A stretch of DNA of 63,205 nt, the filler included, from Olpidium bornovanus S191 (Eukaryota > Fungi > Olpidiomycota): NCBI GenBank assembly GCA_017911155.1. It is 28 parts of 28 records of this genome, joined end to end, with 100 filler letters (N's around TTAATTAATTAA, not from the genome) between each part and the next. Parts side by side here need not be neighbours in the genome. Positions count along the whole stretch, not along the records: positions 22,038 to 23,400 come from JAEFCI010013203.1; positions 23,501 to 24,769 come from JAEFCI010006375.1; positions 24,870 to 26,663 come from JAEFCI010002063.1; positions 26,764 to 28,304 come from JAEFCI010012951.1; positions 28,405 to 30,363 come from JAEFCI010011314.1; positions 30,464 to 31,690 come from JAEFCI010004935.1; positions 31,791 to 34,320 come from JAEFCI010007227.1; positions 34,421 to 36,394 come from JAEFCI010002975.1; 20 more parts are not named here. The stretch is one strand, 5' to 3'. Below the pieces are notes generated by a model. The model searched no databases and was not told the origin of the DNA. It worked only from the letters and a program-made list of their open reading frames with translations. Within the stretch, counting starts at the first letter, position 1. Each line of letters begins with the position of its first letter. Shown here piece after piece: positions 22,555 through 34,499 of this stretch. The position numbers and the translations under genes were made by a program.

Positions 22555-22770
22555 TTGTCGAGCTCTTCTCTCAGCACCTTTGCCACGCGGTAAACTTCAT
22601 CCGTGTCTCGGTAGTCCGGAGTGTAGACGATTTTCACCCCGTCCTTCGAATCCTTGTAGCACGCGCTTCCCCCTTCCGTGCTTCTCTTCACCATCCCGCA
22701 AAGTTTTGCTGTTTCTGTTCAATTCTACAATTTTGTTCCACTTGGATTTTTTTTTCCCCCAGGAAAACAG
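22555..22770 (-). pseudogene. DUF1917/Bles03 (eIF4E-like fold) gene fragment, frameshifted and truncated by the repeat
   Basis: One 1-nt frameshift joins SKWNKIVELNRNSK to LCGMVKRSTEGGSACYKDSKDGVKIVYTPDYRDTDEVYRVAKVLREEL. This resembles the family motif W..I...L..KxST..VI.VYTxD..D..DV.RV..LRE. Confidence 0.5.
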
Positions 22771-23353
22771 GATTGTTGGAAATCGCAGCGGGCGACGTTG
22801 GACTAGAGAGTGGCGTTTGCAAGTCGTTTGTCCGTTTGTCCGCAGCGTGCGGGCGGCAACATTCCGGTGCGCACGGCGAAGTGTCAATTCTCCTCGCGTC
22901 CGTTCCCGCGGCCCGAGTGAGAAAATGTCTCTTTGGTCGCAATAATCTCGCCCTCCACGTGTCTTTTGACACAGGCGTAGCCGCCGTGTGGGGCCAGCGA
23001 GTACATTGCGGCGGCAAGAAGGCATCTCTCGGCTATAAATGTTTGGCTACACAGGCTGCACGCACAACGGCCTGCGTCTCGTATATGGTGGATCTTGGAT
23101 CGACGCGCGGAACACACACGAAGGACGCCCAGCCGGAAGGCGTTCGACGCTGCCCCCCTCCGCTTGCACGCGCCAAAAAGGCAGGGCGGCAGCGACAGCG
23201 AAGGGCGGACGGCTCCGTTCCGCAGCCGACGATCGCTCGATGGCCGAGCTGACGGAGACTCAGGTTTGAGATAGTCGTGGGTGCCCTGGCCGCCCACCCT
23301 TGCCCTCTTCCTCTTACTCGTCCCACTTTTTTTTTCTCGTTTCTTTTTCTTTT

Positions 23354-23393
<40 letters not shown>

Positions 23394-23524
23394 CCGCACG
23401 NNNNNNNNNNNNNNNNNNNNNNNNNNNNNNNNNNNNNNNNNNNNTTAATTAATTAANNNNNNNNNNNNNNNNNNNNNNNNNNNNNNNNNNNNNNNNNNNN
23501 GAGATTTCCGACGCGGGAGATCTT

Positions 23525-24572
23525 ATGGAGCCGCACGAGGATCTGCAAGCGTGTGCCGTAGAAGACGATGCAAGCCAAGCTAGTTCGTGCGCGCCCCGCG
23601 CTGTTCAAGATAAACAACATGTGCACGACGCGCACGTTAAGTTCGAAGACGCACGCTCGGAATCTATGTTGGACGGGTTGAAAACATCCGCCGGCCAGCG
23701 CTCGCAAGCCGCAGACGCTTCACGGCAGCTTCAGGAATCAACGACTGTGTTCGGCCCGTCCCGCAATCCATCCGGGGAAGCGCGGGAGAATACCTCCTTC
23801 ACCGGTGCTGCTTCGATGGCGAGTTTGTCGGCTACTCACGCGCAACCTGAGAGCCCGACGTCATTTCGGAAACAGGGCAAGGCTGAACAGTGGGGTCGTC
23901 CGGCGTCCTCCATGGAAGCCATGCCGGTTTCGCGCGCAATCGGGCAAGCCAGGCCACGGTCCTCGTCCGCCCTGCACGCTGGGCGGCCGCCGCCGGCTGG
24001 ATTTCGCAGGCTAACCGCAAACTCGACCGCCAGAACGTCTCGACCAGCCACGGCCGGGACGTCAAGTTCCGCTTCGCGTTCTGCCCCGTTGGTCGCCGCC
24101 GGATTCTCGGCTTGCACAGTCCGAACGACGACTCCTGGTTCCCCCGGCTCTGTCTCGTCTACAAAACTGAGAGAAAGAACGTCCAGCTGGGTCATGGGAA
24201 CAGAGGTGCCAGACGGTAGGCATCGCCTCGTAATCGCTGTTTAGCAACGAGCGATTCTAAATGCCGTTGAGCACTTTTGGCTATGCGCTTACCGACTTTC
24301 GTTTGCTTGGCACTATCCAATACAGCTCTCCGCATTCAAGACGACTCCCGCGTCGTCGCTCGGAAAAGGCCGAACACTGCGCCGGTTCGACGTTGATGTA
24401 CCCCCTGCGTCACAGCCGGCCGCCGGTTCAGGTTATGCCAGGATTGGGGAGGCTGACCACTCTCCCACAAAGACTACGACCTGCCCCAGTGAGCGTGACG
24501 GTTATTCCGCCACAGGCTTACCACATGCAGACGCGAGAACGTAACGAATTGGCTGGGGAGGCTGTCAATTGA
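23525..24572 (+). CDS. Hypothetical S/A/R-rich disordered protein (probably 2 exons)
   Basis: 239-aa ORF plus a downstream 103-aa ORF with a plausible intron between them. No domain recognised. Confidence 0.4.
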
Positions 24573-24869
24573 ACTGTGCATTCGTCAAAAAATGGGTTTT
24601 TTTGCTTTCGCAGCTCGCTGTATCTTTGCACAGAAATGCTCGAAGCATGTCATGCCCTGCAACTTAGTGAATATGAGCCAACAGCTGGCTGTTCGTTCTG
24701 AACTCGCAATAAGAAAGAAAAAAAAATCCGAGGAATCTGTTGAATAAGCACGCGGGACACTCACTTTACNNNNNNNNNNNNNNNNNNNNNNNNNNNNNNN
24801 NNNNNNNNNNNNNTTAATTAATTAANNNNNNNNNNNNNNNNNNNNNNNNNNNNNNNNNNNNNNNNNNNN

Positions 24870-26400
24870 CATGTCAGTGACCACGTTAGCTTCGCCAGCA
24901 ATGTGCATCAACGACACGTCAAATTCGAGGATGAGGGCGATCCATTTCTGACAGCTCAGGTCTGTCGTCGAGCACTTCGCCAGCATTCCGACTAACGCGC
25001 TGCAGTCCGTTTCGACGACGACGTGCTGCCCCAAAACCGATCGGCGTTCTTCACTCAACGCTATTTTCACCGCAAGAAGCTCGCGCTTCGTCTGGCCATA
25101 ATTACCTCGCCGGCTTCCGCGCCCCTCCGACCTCCTGCCTCAGGACTCATCCGGCCGCCCTCGGGCTCGCGTCAACCGTCAGGAAAATCTGCCCCGCATC
25201 CCGTGCGTAGCTCAACGGTCGGAGCACAGGCGCTCGACCCAACCGTGCTTTCAGCTCCGCCAACGCCGCCTCGAATCTTTTGGTCTACTCCTAGGCCGCT
25301 TCATTTCGAAGCAGGCTGTAGAGCGGCTCGGCAACGTCGGCGTAGTGTGGGATGAATATGCGGTAGAACCCCACTGCACCCAGGAAGCGGCGCACCTCGC
25401 TCACCGTCCGGCACGACCCCATTCGGCCGATGGCCGCAATTTTCGAAGGTCCGGGGGCGCGCCCCGCCTCATTGCAAACAAAGCCAACTACCCCGATCTC
25501 CCGCAGCCCGAAACTCGACTTCTTGCTTGAAAAGGTGACGCCTACCTCGATCGCGCGCCGTAGGATCGCCGCAACATCCAGCGCATGGTCATGCACAAAT
25601 CGTCTCACGCCCCGGCTGACCTCGCTCTTGTCACGCGTGTCGTACCGCGCTCCCCGCATCGACAGATCATCGATAAATGGCAGGGTGACGCGCGGTATGA
25701 ACGCGCCAAAAATCTCGCTAAGCTCCGCCTGCACGTGGCCGACAGAGTTCGTCGCCCCCATACTGACAACGCTCAATCGAAGCAGGCCTAACGGCGTCTG
25801 CATCGCCGTGAGCTCACGCGGCGCCAGTTCCAGCTGGAATTGGTCGTAGCCGGAGAACAAGTCAGCCATCGAATAAATTGCCCGCGCCGCAAACAGCTCG
25901 ACGTAGTCATCCAATATCGGCGCCACGCCAGAGTTTCTAATGGTGACAACGTTGACCGGGCGTAGATCCTGGATGAATTGCAAGCTCCCGTCCTTCTTAG
26001 GCACGTTGAACCATCGATTCGCGTAGGGCCCTTGCGCGGGTTAGAGGACTCGTCAGGTAATTCGCGCTTGCAGTAACTCCAGCAACTTATCGTAATGCAC
26101 TCGCAGAATCGGCAGCGGCTTCAGTTTCCACGGAACATGGGCCGTCGTGAAGATAATCATCGGCGCAACCATCCGCGGGTCTACTGAACTGATTTCGTTG
26201 TCCGTAAAGGCGAACGCCTTCTCCAGGGGGCAAATCATCGAACGGAGCACGGCGACCTCGGCCTCGCTCAACAGCCCGTCGCCTCTGACCTGTAACCGTG
26301 CAAGCGTCTCTTTGGTAAAGTGGTGTCCAACCAATTCCGCCGGCCGCAGCCGGGGTTCCATTACGGCCCGCTCGATCCGTTCTCCCGCCCCCCCGCGGTA
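24870..26400 (-). mobile_element. Degenerate Ty3/gypsy pol (RT + RNase H) with stops, a deletion and a frameshift
   Basis: GPYANRWFNVPKKDG, QDLRPVN, DLFSGYDQ, MGATNSV, PFIDD, VRRFLGAVGFYRIFIPHYA; RNase H motifs LTVDAS, NYGQTKRELLAV, VVETDCSAL and GEANVVTD. Confidence 0.96.
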
Positions 26401-27905
26401 ACTCCTCTGCCATCGGCCATCCCTTCCGGCCGGCCGGCTTGTACACTGCGTAGACCCTCGCATCCCGCGATCCCGGCAGCTTCCTCAGCAGGCACGCCAG
26501 CAATTCGACTTTGATCAGGAACGTCAGACGACGCGCCCGCCGGCATCCACAGTGCGCAGTGCCGCTGCGAAGCATTCCTCCGACTCTCTGCGAAGACCTC
26601 CTCGTAGACCCCCCACTCTCTTTCCCCATAGCATCCAGGCGACTCGTCTTCCCGCGGCACATGNNNNNNNNNNNNNNNNNNNNNNNNNNNNNNNNNNNNN
26701 NNNNNNNTTAATTAATTAANNNNNNNNNNNNNNNNNNNNNNNNNNNNNNNNNNNNNNNNNNNNAAGGCGCGCGCCTTCTGTCGTTCCCGGCCTCGTCCGA
26801 CTTTGTTCTCGCAATTCGCCGCGTGTTGCGGAATGGTGTGAGATGCCGAGGGGCGCTGCGGCCGCCGGCGTTCCAAAACATGTTGGAATTCCATCTCCGG
26901 TATGCAGACATATGCTCTACCCACGCACCCATCCTGCTCTTCCGCCAGCGCAAAACAATCACGTCTTCTTCATAGCGGCTTGCAAACGCCTGTTTCCGTT
27001 TCATGTGCGCTTTTGCCATCGTGCATTCGTTAATGTGAAAAAAGTTCTTAACTGCCGCACCGTTGTCGTGCAATAATTTGTCCTGCCGTTGACATCCAAT
27101 AAAACCCCTTTTATAGGACAAGCCTATATACGCTGGCACATATTACCTCTCACACATCGGTTGCTCTGTCCTTTGCGTCCTTCACCGCTCCTAACCGCTT
27201 TTCAGACCACCCCCAGATTTATGTACGTATTGTCCCAAAACGAAAAACTTAACCGTCCGCGACTTCGTAGACAACTTTAACAAACAAAAGATGGTCGACG
27301 ATTAAGGGTTGACTGCCGAGCACCACATCAGAGGCGTTGCAACAACTCGTGCGCGTTTCCGCCTTAAAGAGGGGCGTGAAACACAACGGGCGGATGATCG
27401 CGTTGGTTTGCGCGCTTCTGCTGCCAGTGCGCGTTCGCGCTGAATTTAAGCGCTTTCGTGCGCTTTCGTGCTTTTGGCAAAGGGGACGGCGTACAAATGC
27501 CGTCAGAGTTCCCGGGCTAGTTTTCCAGCGCGACATTTCAACGTTATGGAAGATGGCGAAAACGGAGCTGCCAGCGGACACACGCAGTTGCTGCCCTCCC
27601 CGACGCCATCTGTGATCAGCAAATTGTGATCAACAAAGTTAAATAAAAAGGCGTCATCGCCGGCTGCGCATTTTTTTTTTTTCATTCACCTTACCATTTG
27701 CCATCGCCGTTGATTCTCGAGCCCGTCGCAGCGCAGCACGGTTCCTGGAAGCTCGGCCAGCGCCGCAAAGCGCGATTCTCGGTTTCTCGGGCGGGGCATA
27801 AAAGCCGGGTGATTGCCCGCAGTCACAGAGCCGGTCATCGTCTGGGTCTCACAGCGCCAACGCACCTCTCTTCTATCCGAAAAGACTTTCAACCCCGAAG
27901 CAAAA

Positions 27906-28304
27906 ATGAAGTTCTCCGCCGTTATTATGCTCGCGCTCGTCGGCACCGCTCTGACCGTGGCCGCGGCTCCCGCTCCCGGTTACGGAAAGAACCTCAAAAA
28001 CGTCGCCGCGAACAACAAAGCTCTGAAAAACGCCAACAACGCCGCTGTGAAAACCAACAAATACAGCAACAACGTGGCTGTTAACCAGGGGTAAAAAGCG
28101 TTTGACATTGGCAGGGGACTTGGGGGAGCTTTCGGTGCAGCCGCCGGTTAAATCTATTTGTTTTTTTTACCTGCAGATTCAAGTACAACCAGGCTAAGAA
28201 GAACACGAACAAGAATTCCAAGGCTTACAAGAAAAATTACAACAACGCCGCCAAGAAGAACAACAAGAAAAACGCGAATGTCAAGAATTACGGCAAGGGA
28301 AAGG
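27906..28304 (+). CDS. Small secreted Asn/Lys-rich protein (exons 27906-28090 and 28177-28304, 3' truncated)
   Basis: Signal peptide MKFSAVIMLALVGTALTVAA. A phase-2 GT..CAG intron keeps the frame into FKYNQAKKNTNKNSKAYKKN. Confidence 0.88.
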
Positions 28305-30463
28305 NNNNNNNNNNNNNNNNNNNNNNNNNNNNNNNNNNNNNNNNNNNNTTAATTAATTAANNNNNNNNNNNNNNNNNNNNNNNNNNNNNNNNNNNNNNNN
28401 NNNNCATGAGCCCGAGTGACAGCTCGCGTCCGCGCTTCACTCCCGCGTTTCTCTGAGCGAGAGAAACCCCGCTTTGCGTCGTGGCGGAGAAAGCTTTTTT
28501 CTCTTTCGGTAGAAGGCACCGACGCGATTCGCAGGCTTTATTCTTCCGAGATGCCGCGTTTCGGCCATCAGCTTCGCACTGCTTCGCGCCAGCTGCAAAG
28601 ACCTCCATTTCTTACGCCGAGATGCCAAAGGCTTCGCGCTCCGATGTGCCATCCTCGTTCCAAGCGAGGGCAAAAGCAAAACTCGGAGGTCGCGTATCCA
28701 ATGGCAAGCAACGACGCAAAAAAAGTCCCGCGACCGTTAATTAAAGTGACTTAACCATCGCGCGGGGCACCCGAATGCAGTAATGCCAGTCAGAGACGGG
28801 AGGGGCAGCCGCGGACCGGGTGGGCAAGCAAGGCGGAGAAAAGACCGATGGAAGGACGGGGTTGCCATAGATGGGCAAGCCAACGAAAAACGAAAATTCG
28901 ACATCATGCGGCCGGCAATGTTGCGGTTGGGGGGTTCATGCCCATCGGGGGCTCGCCTGTGCGGCGGCCAGAACTCGCAGAGGCGGGCGCTTTCGCGGCC
29001 CAAGTCGCCAGGGTGCGCCCGACGAGCGAAGCGGAGCGGTGACGCGGGCGGGATCGACGGGCCGGCGCCGACCTCATCGCACACATTGAAGAGGCGTCTT
29101 CAGGGAGAAGCTCGCAGAGGCAGGGGCGGATTTGGCAGCGACGACCCGGGCGATGCGCTCGTTGGCTCTTTTGCCCTGCCGCGTCTGAGCTTGCATATCG
29201 TCATAGTACCAACCAACGTTGAGCCGTTAAATGATTTCGTGTTGGCCACGTTTGGTCAAGCTCTCCCCGTAATAACAGGAATAGCCGGGCAACCTTCATA
29301 AGCAGCGGCGCAGCACCAATCGTTCGAGCGGCGCTTAACACAAGGTGCGGCGAAGGTCACGGCGACCAACAGTTAGTCGTCTCCAGCGATCACGAGGCGC
29401 GCTCGAAACAAGTGAACGCGTGGCAGGCGTCGTAATCAGCGGACGCGCCATCAGCCATCCAGAACGCAGCAGCGCACAGCGTTTCGGCAGCACTCCCCGA
29501 CGTGCATGCTGGCGGTCCCACCACTACCCACATCCAGCAATCCAACAGCTGACATGGTTGCACTCTCCGGGCATTTCGCAGGCAGAACCCACGCCTGTTT
29601 GTGCTTGCTGGTTGTGGTGTGAAAAGATGGTGCAGGCGCTGTGTTTTAACCGGGGACTTGAGTTAAAGCGGTTATGGTGCAGAGCACCGGGGACCCGACA
29701 AACGGCGGAAGCATTCGGCGCACGGTTTGACTCTGCGAGGTCGAGTTCCTAGACCCGTTGTCGCTGTTTGGTAACATATAAGACGACGCGGGAGACGCGA
29801 CAAGAACGGGGCCGCACCGCTGAGATATTCCAGGGCTGGCAACCACGGGTGCCCCCATCCGGCAGCCGGTTGTGCCGAGTGACAGCGCCAGGGCGTGCAG
29901 CACCGGAGCGTGCAATACCAAAAGGCAGAGCGCCGGAGGGGGAAATGGCACTGCCGGAACGCCCCAGCACGACCGCCGCGCGATTTTTGCGGATGCGACG
30001 GCGGGTTATTGAGGCGGCAGCGAGACTTTTGCCACCAACGGAAGAGTTCGCGCGGTTTTGACGGAGGGAACCGCTGCTTTTGCCACCAAAGGAACAGTTC
30101 ACGCGATTTTGACGGAGGGAAGCCGGTGTTTTCGCAGGAAGTCCATGCGACGCGCGCCCCCCAACATCAGCCGCTGCGCAGGGGGTACGGTGCGTTGCAG
30201 GCAGCACGGTGGCCCGTTCTGCAAGCGGGCGCGACAGCGAGAAAAGGGGAACCGGAAACACGCGACGCCGCTAAGAAATAGCCACGTGTCCTACCATCAT
30301 TGCACTACATGGACGTGTGCTCCCACTAGAGGTTCCGGGAAAGCGGATAGGCGGGCGCGCATGNNNNNNNNNNNNNNNNNNNNNNNNNNNNNNNNNNNNN
30401 NNNNNNNTTAATTAATTAANNNNNNNNNNNNNNNNNNNNNNNNNNNNNNNNNNNNNNNNNNNN

Positions 30464-31565
30464 CATGAAGACGAAAAAGCGATTGGTACGCGGCTTGCGC
30501 GGCGTGCGCGACGTGCGGCGGAGTGCGCGTGCTACGTAGAGGGGCAAAGTCTGCTGGAACTTCCGGCTAACGGCAAGGGCCCTCTCCTGAGGCGTGAGGC
30601 TTGCCCGCCAACTCGCAATTACGGACTCGTAATTTTCGCTGTTAGCCCGAGCCTTATCCGCGTAGGCCTGCATGCAAAATATAAAAAGCTACTATAAGGA
30701 CAAGCAGAACTGACGCGCACTTCGCAGTTTGCAGTCGTGCGCCTACCTGTTTCGTGGCCTGTGACGCGTTTCTCCACATTTCCGCAACGATCTTGGAGCC
30801 CTCAGAAAAAGAATCTTTGGGGTAGTTGTCGGCATTAAACAAGTGTATTGGGTTTGCGCTACGTTTGGGAAGCGACCGCCGAAGCGCTGGTCGGGAAGGC
30901 CAAAACGCGACATTCAAGTTAACGTCAACGAGCCGATTTCGACGAACGTCACAAGTTACGCTGCAGAGCTCTGCTGTCCGCTTGTTCAGTGCAACCAGGT
31001 TCACAAAAGATCGCGTTTCGTCAGGATGATATATCCGTACCCTACCTCTGGCGAGACGAGTCTCTGCAGCCTTGGCCTTCGCGGCAGCACGGGCTTTGTC
31101 TTTCTTGGCCCTGGTGATAGCGCGAGTTTTGTCCTGCTTGGCCTTCGCGGCAGCACGGGCTTTGGCACGCTTGACCTTGGCGACGGCTTTGGCTTGCTTG
31201 GCCTTGGCGACGGTCTCGGCTCTCTTGGCCTTGGCGACAGCACGGGGCGTGGCCTCCTTGGCCTTAGCGACAACGCCAGCCTTCGGCGCTCCGCCCCGGC
31301 TCTCGACCTCGGCGCCTTCGCCGGCGGGTGCCGGCCGGACGGCAGCCTCCGCGTGCTCCGCCGCCGGCTTCTGAACGTCCGACGAATGCGCGTCCCAGGA
31401 AAACGGCGCAGCGGCCAGGCGCGACGCCAAGACGACGGCAGCGCGCGGCGGCGCGCCCGACGGCGCCCTACCGGCCGAACCGAGGAATCCGCGCGGAGCC
31501 GCGGCGGCGGCGGCGGCGGCGGAGAGCTTCCTCCGCACAACAGCCGCGAGAAACGGCAAGGTCAT
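30464..31565 (-). CDS. Tandem HMG-box protein with mitochondrial-type presequence and AK-rich repeats (Abf2/TFAM-like), truncated
   Basis: R/A/S-rich N-terminus; AKAK repeats; HMG1 LPKRSANPIHLF..FSEGSKIVAEMWRNASQATKQ|AYADKARANSENYESVIASWRASLTPQE; start of HMG2 PRKPRTNRFFVFM. Confidence 0.8.
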
Positions 31566-32420
31566 TATCGAGGCGGGGGGCCGTGGGGATGGGGGAGACA
31601 AGTTTTTCTTTCGTTTTGCCGGAGCGGCTTCGTGTTTTTTTTTTTTTTTTTTTTTTTTGTTTTTTCCCCCGCGGGGGGGGGGTTTGCCGCNNNNNNNNNN
31701 NNNNNNNNNNNNNNNNNNNNNNNNNNNNNNNNNNTTAATTAATTAANNNNNNNNNNNNNNNNNNNNNNNNNNNNNNNNNNNNNNNNNNNNAAAAAAAAGA
31801 GAAACAAAAAAGAGAAAAAGAGAGAGAAAAAAAGAGAGAAAAAGAGGGAGAAAAAGAGGGGAAAAAAGAGGGGAAAAAAGAGGGAAAGAAAGACGGAAAA
31901 AAAGAGGGAAAAAAAAAGAGGGAGAGCAAAAAAGAGAGAAATTTCTTTTTGATCATGTCAAGCTGGTGGCGCTACACATTTTACCGGGCCTTCTTTCCAC
32001 GGCACCAAAAATGAGGGGAAAAAAAAAAAGAAGAACACCCAGGGGCGCCAGTGGAAGGAGACGCGGGATTGGAGTTGTTTGTTTGGACAGGTCAATTATT
32101 AACGGTGTGGGGGCTGGTCACGACTGATCAGTGCGAAAGACCCGTCGTCCGTTTTTCGCCGGGCGACGTTCCGACGCCCGACGCGCCTTCGAGTTATAAG
32201 GCCGGGTCCCGAATTGCCGCATGAGGCGCGGTCCGCAGGTTCAGGGGAAGTCCGGGGGGGGGGAACGGGAAGAAGGGCGAGAGAGAGAGAGAGAGAGGCG
32301 GGGGGAAACAGGTGAGAGAGAGAGTGAGGGTCCTGCTTTCTCCCCCGTTTCGCCGTTGTTTCTTTTTTTGCTCCGCGCGGGGCACCCCTCTCCCGCTCCC
32401 CGCCCGACTCCCCCCGGAGG

Positions 32421-32460
<40 letters not shown>

Positions 32461-33000
32461 AAACACTGCCCGGACCTCGCCGGCTTCTTCTTCTTCCCCA
32501 GCGGGGGCTCGCAGAATGGTGCGCAGCCCGACCGCCCGCGTACCCCGGCGAAGCTGTGGCTTCCGGGAACAGGCCGCGGGGCGCTTTCGCGAATGCCCGC
32601 CTCCGCTGCCTCTTTTGCTGATAGGTTTCCTTTCTGCTTCGCTCGTCGCCCGGAACTTGACAGCACTCGTTTAAGACGCCAGCAGCACGAGTGGTGCTCC
32701 CTGTCCTGCACCGGTGGTGAGCATGCCGGAACCCAGGGACACGCGCCCGGGGCTTTCACGCCGGCGTTGTCGGGATGCCGCACTTCCCCGTTCGGTGGAA
32801 GCGCGGCCGGGCTTTTGCGCCCTTCGGGACCTTGGTGCGGTCTTGGGACCGAAAAGGCGCGCAGTCTCCGTGTTGTGGATGTCGGCCCCTCGTCCCCCTT
32901 CCCCTTTCCCACCGGCCGGCCCTCTCTCTTCGGGGCAACCGCGGTTTTGCGTGTTCCGCGACTCTTCGTACCTTACGCGCGATCCGTCGCGACTCCCTAG

Positions 33001-33823
33001 CTGCGCACGGCCGCCAGCTGCGTCGTTTGCGCGGACTTACTCGGCTCAGAAGCCCTTGCCGGTGCCGAAAGTCGACAGCGCCGACACCGTCAGCCCAAGG
33101 GTTTTGTCCATCGTGGAGCAGATCTCCAAACTCACCCTTCTGGAGACGTCGATATTGGTGAAGGAGCTCAAGGTATTCTGGACCCGTCCGCGCAACGGAA
33201 ATTCTTGCGCCGGGAAACGGTTCGCAAATGTGGCAGGCGGGTAAATCTTTGGACACCGGCTGTTTTAACACGGCTGTTCCCGCGCGCGCAGTCCCAGCTC
33301 AACATCCAGGATGTCGCAGTGCAGGTCGCGGCCGCACCATCTGCGGCCGAAGCGGCTCCTGAAGAAGCGGTTGTAAGTACTCTCCTGCAGCTCCCCGCAT
33401 AGCGCGACAATCGGCGCCCGGAATGGAGTGAGACGGAAAAAAGAAATCGCACCCGACCGCGAAAAAACGAACCGTCTCGCGGAATTTCAGGTGGACAAGT
33501 CAATTGAGCAGACGGAGTTCAAGGTCAAGCTGGAGGCGTTCGACCCGGCCTCCAAGGCGAAGATCATCCGGGAGATCAAGAATATAATGCCTAATCTAAA
33601 CCTGGTCGAGGTGGGCGGCTTTTTTCCCAACGGGGCCTCGGAGTTTTGTTTTCGCTGCGCCGGGAGCCGCTCACGATTTCCGTCGCGCGTGTTCGTTTTT
33701 GACCAGGCGAAGAAGTTTGTTGAGAGCGCGCCGAAGATCGTCAAGGAGAAAATCACGAAAAACGAGGCGGAGGAGTTGAAGACGAAGTTGACCGCGCTTG
33801 GAGCAACCATTGTAGTCGAATAG
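33001..33823 (+). CDS. MRPL12: Mitochondrial ribosomal protein bL12m (L7/L12); 5' exon uncertain
   Basis: IVEQISKLTLLETSILVKELK|..QTEFKVKLEAFDPASKAKIIREIK..LNLVE|AKKFVESAPKIVKE..EAEELKTKLTALGATIVVE*. Confidence 0.96.
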
Positions 33824-34499
33824 ATCAATCGCGCCTTTATCGGTGCCTGTATACACATTCACAATACAGATTACTCGGCGATTCGCGAGAGCCTGGGCGG
33901 TCACTCGGAGTTGAATCGGGTGGAGCGGCTACATAGGCTCTGCGGCACACCACAAGAAAGTAAATGAAAAAGAAATTACTGTAGATGACGTCATTTCTCC
34001 GATGCAGATTGGCTGCACGGCACTGCGTCTGGATCTCAACCGTTTGGTTGTTTTGTGCAGCATCTCGTTTGCTCCAGAAAGCGTCGGAAGGTTTGAAGAC
34101 GGGCTGCGTACACCTCTTTCTCAGCCCCTCTTTTTGCCTTCGCTACCACCGGGTTTGGAGCGTGCGGAAAATCTTTCGCGGAGGGGGAATACGTACCGCG
34201 CAAGAAACGATTATTTCGGATGACACCAAGATGTAAATTCGGGACGTGGTCCCCGGGGGCAAAAAGTTACACGAGACATTACGGAAGTCGGCGGAATAAA
34301 AACCGAAAAAAAAAAAAAAANNNNNNNNNNNNNNNNNNNNNNNNNNNNNNNNNNNNNNNNNNNNTTAATTAATTAANNNNNNNNNNNNNNNNNNNNNNNN
34401 NNNNNNNNNNNNNNNNNNNNCCCCCTCTATTAAAAGAAGAAATAAAAAAAAAAAGCACCGGGACGCGCACAATAACGCAAGCAGAAGGCGTCGACGGAC

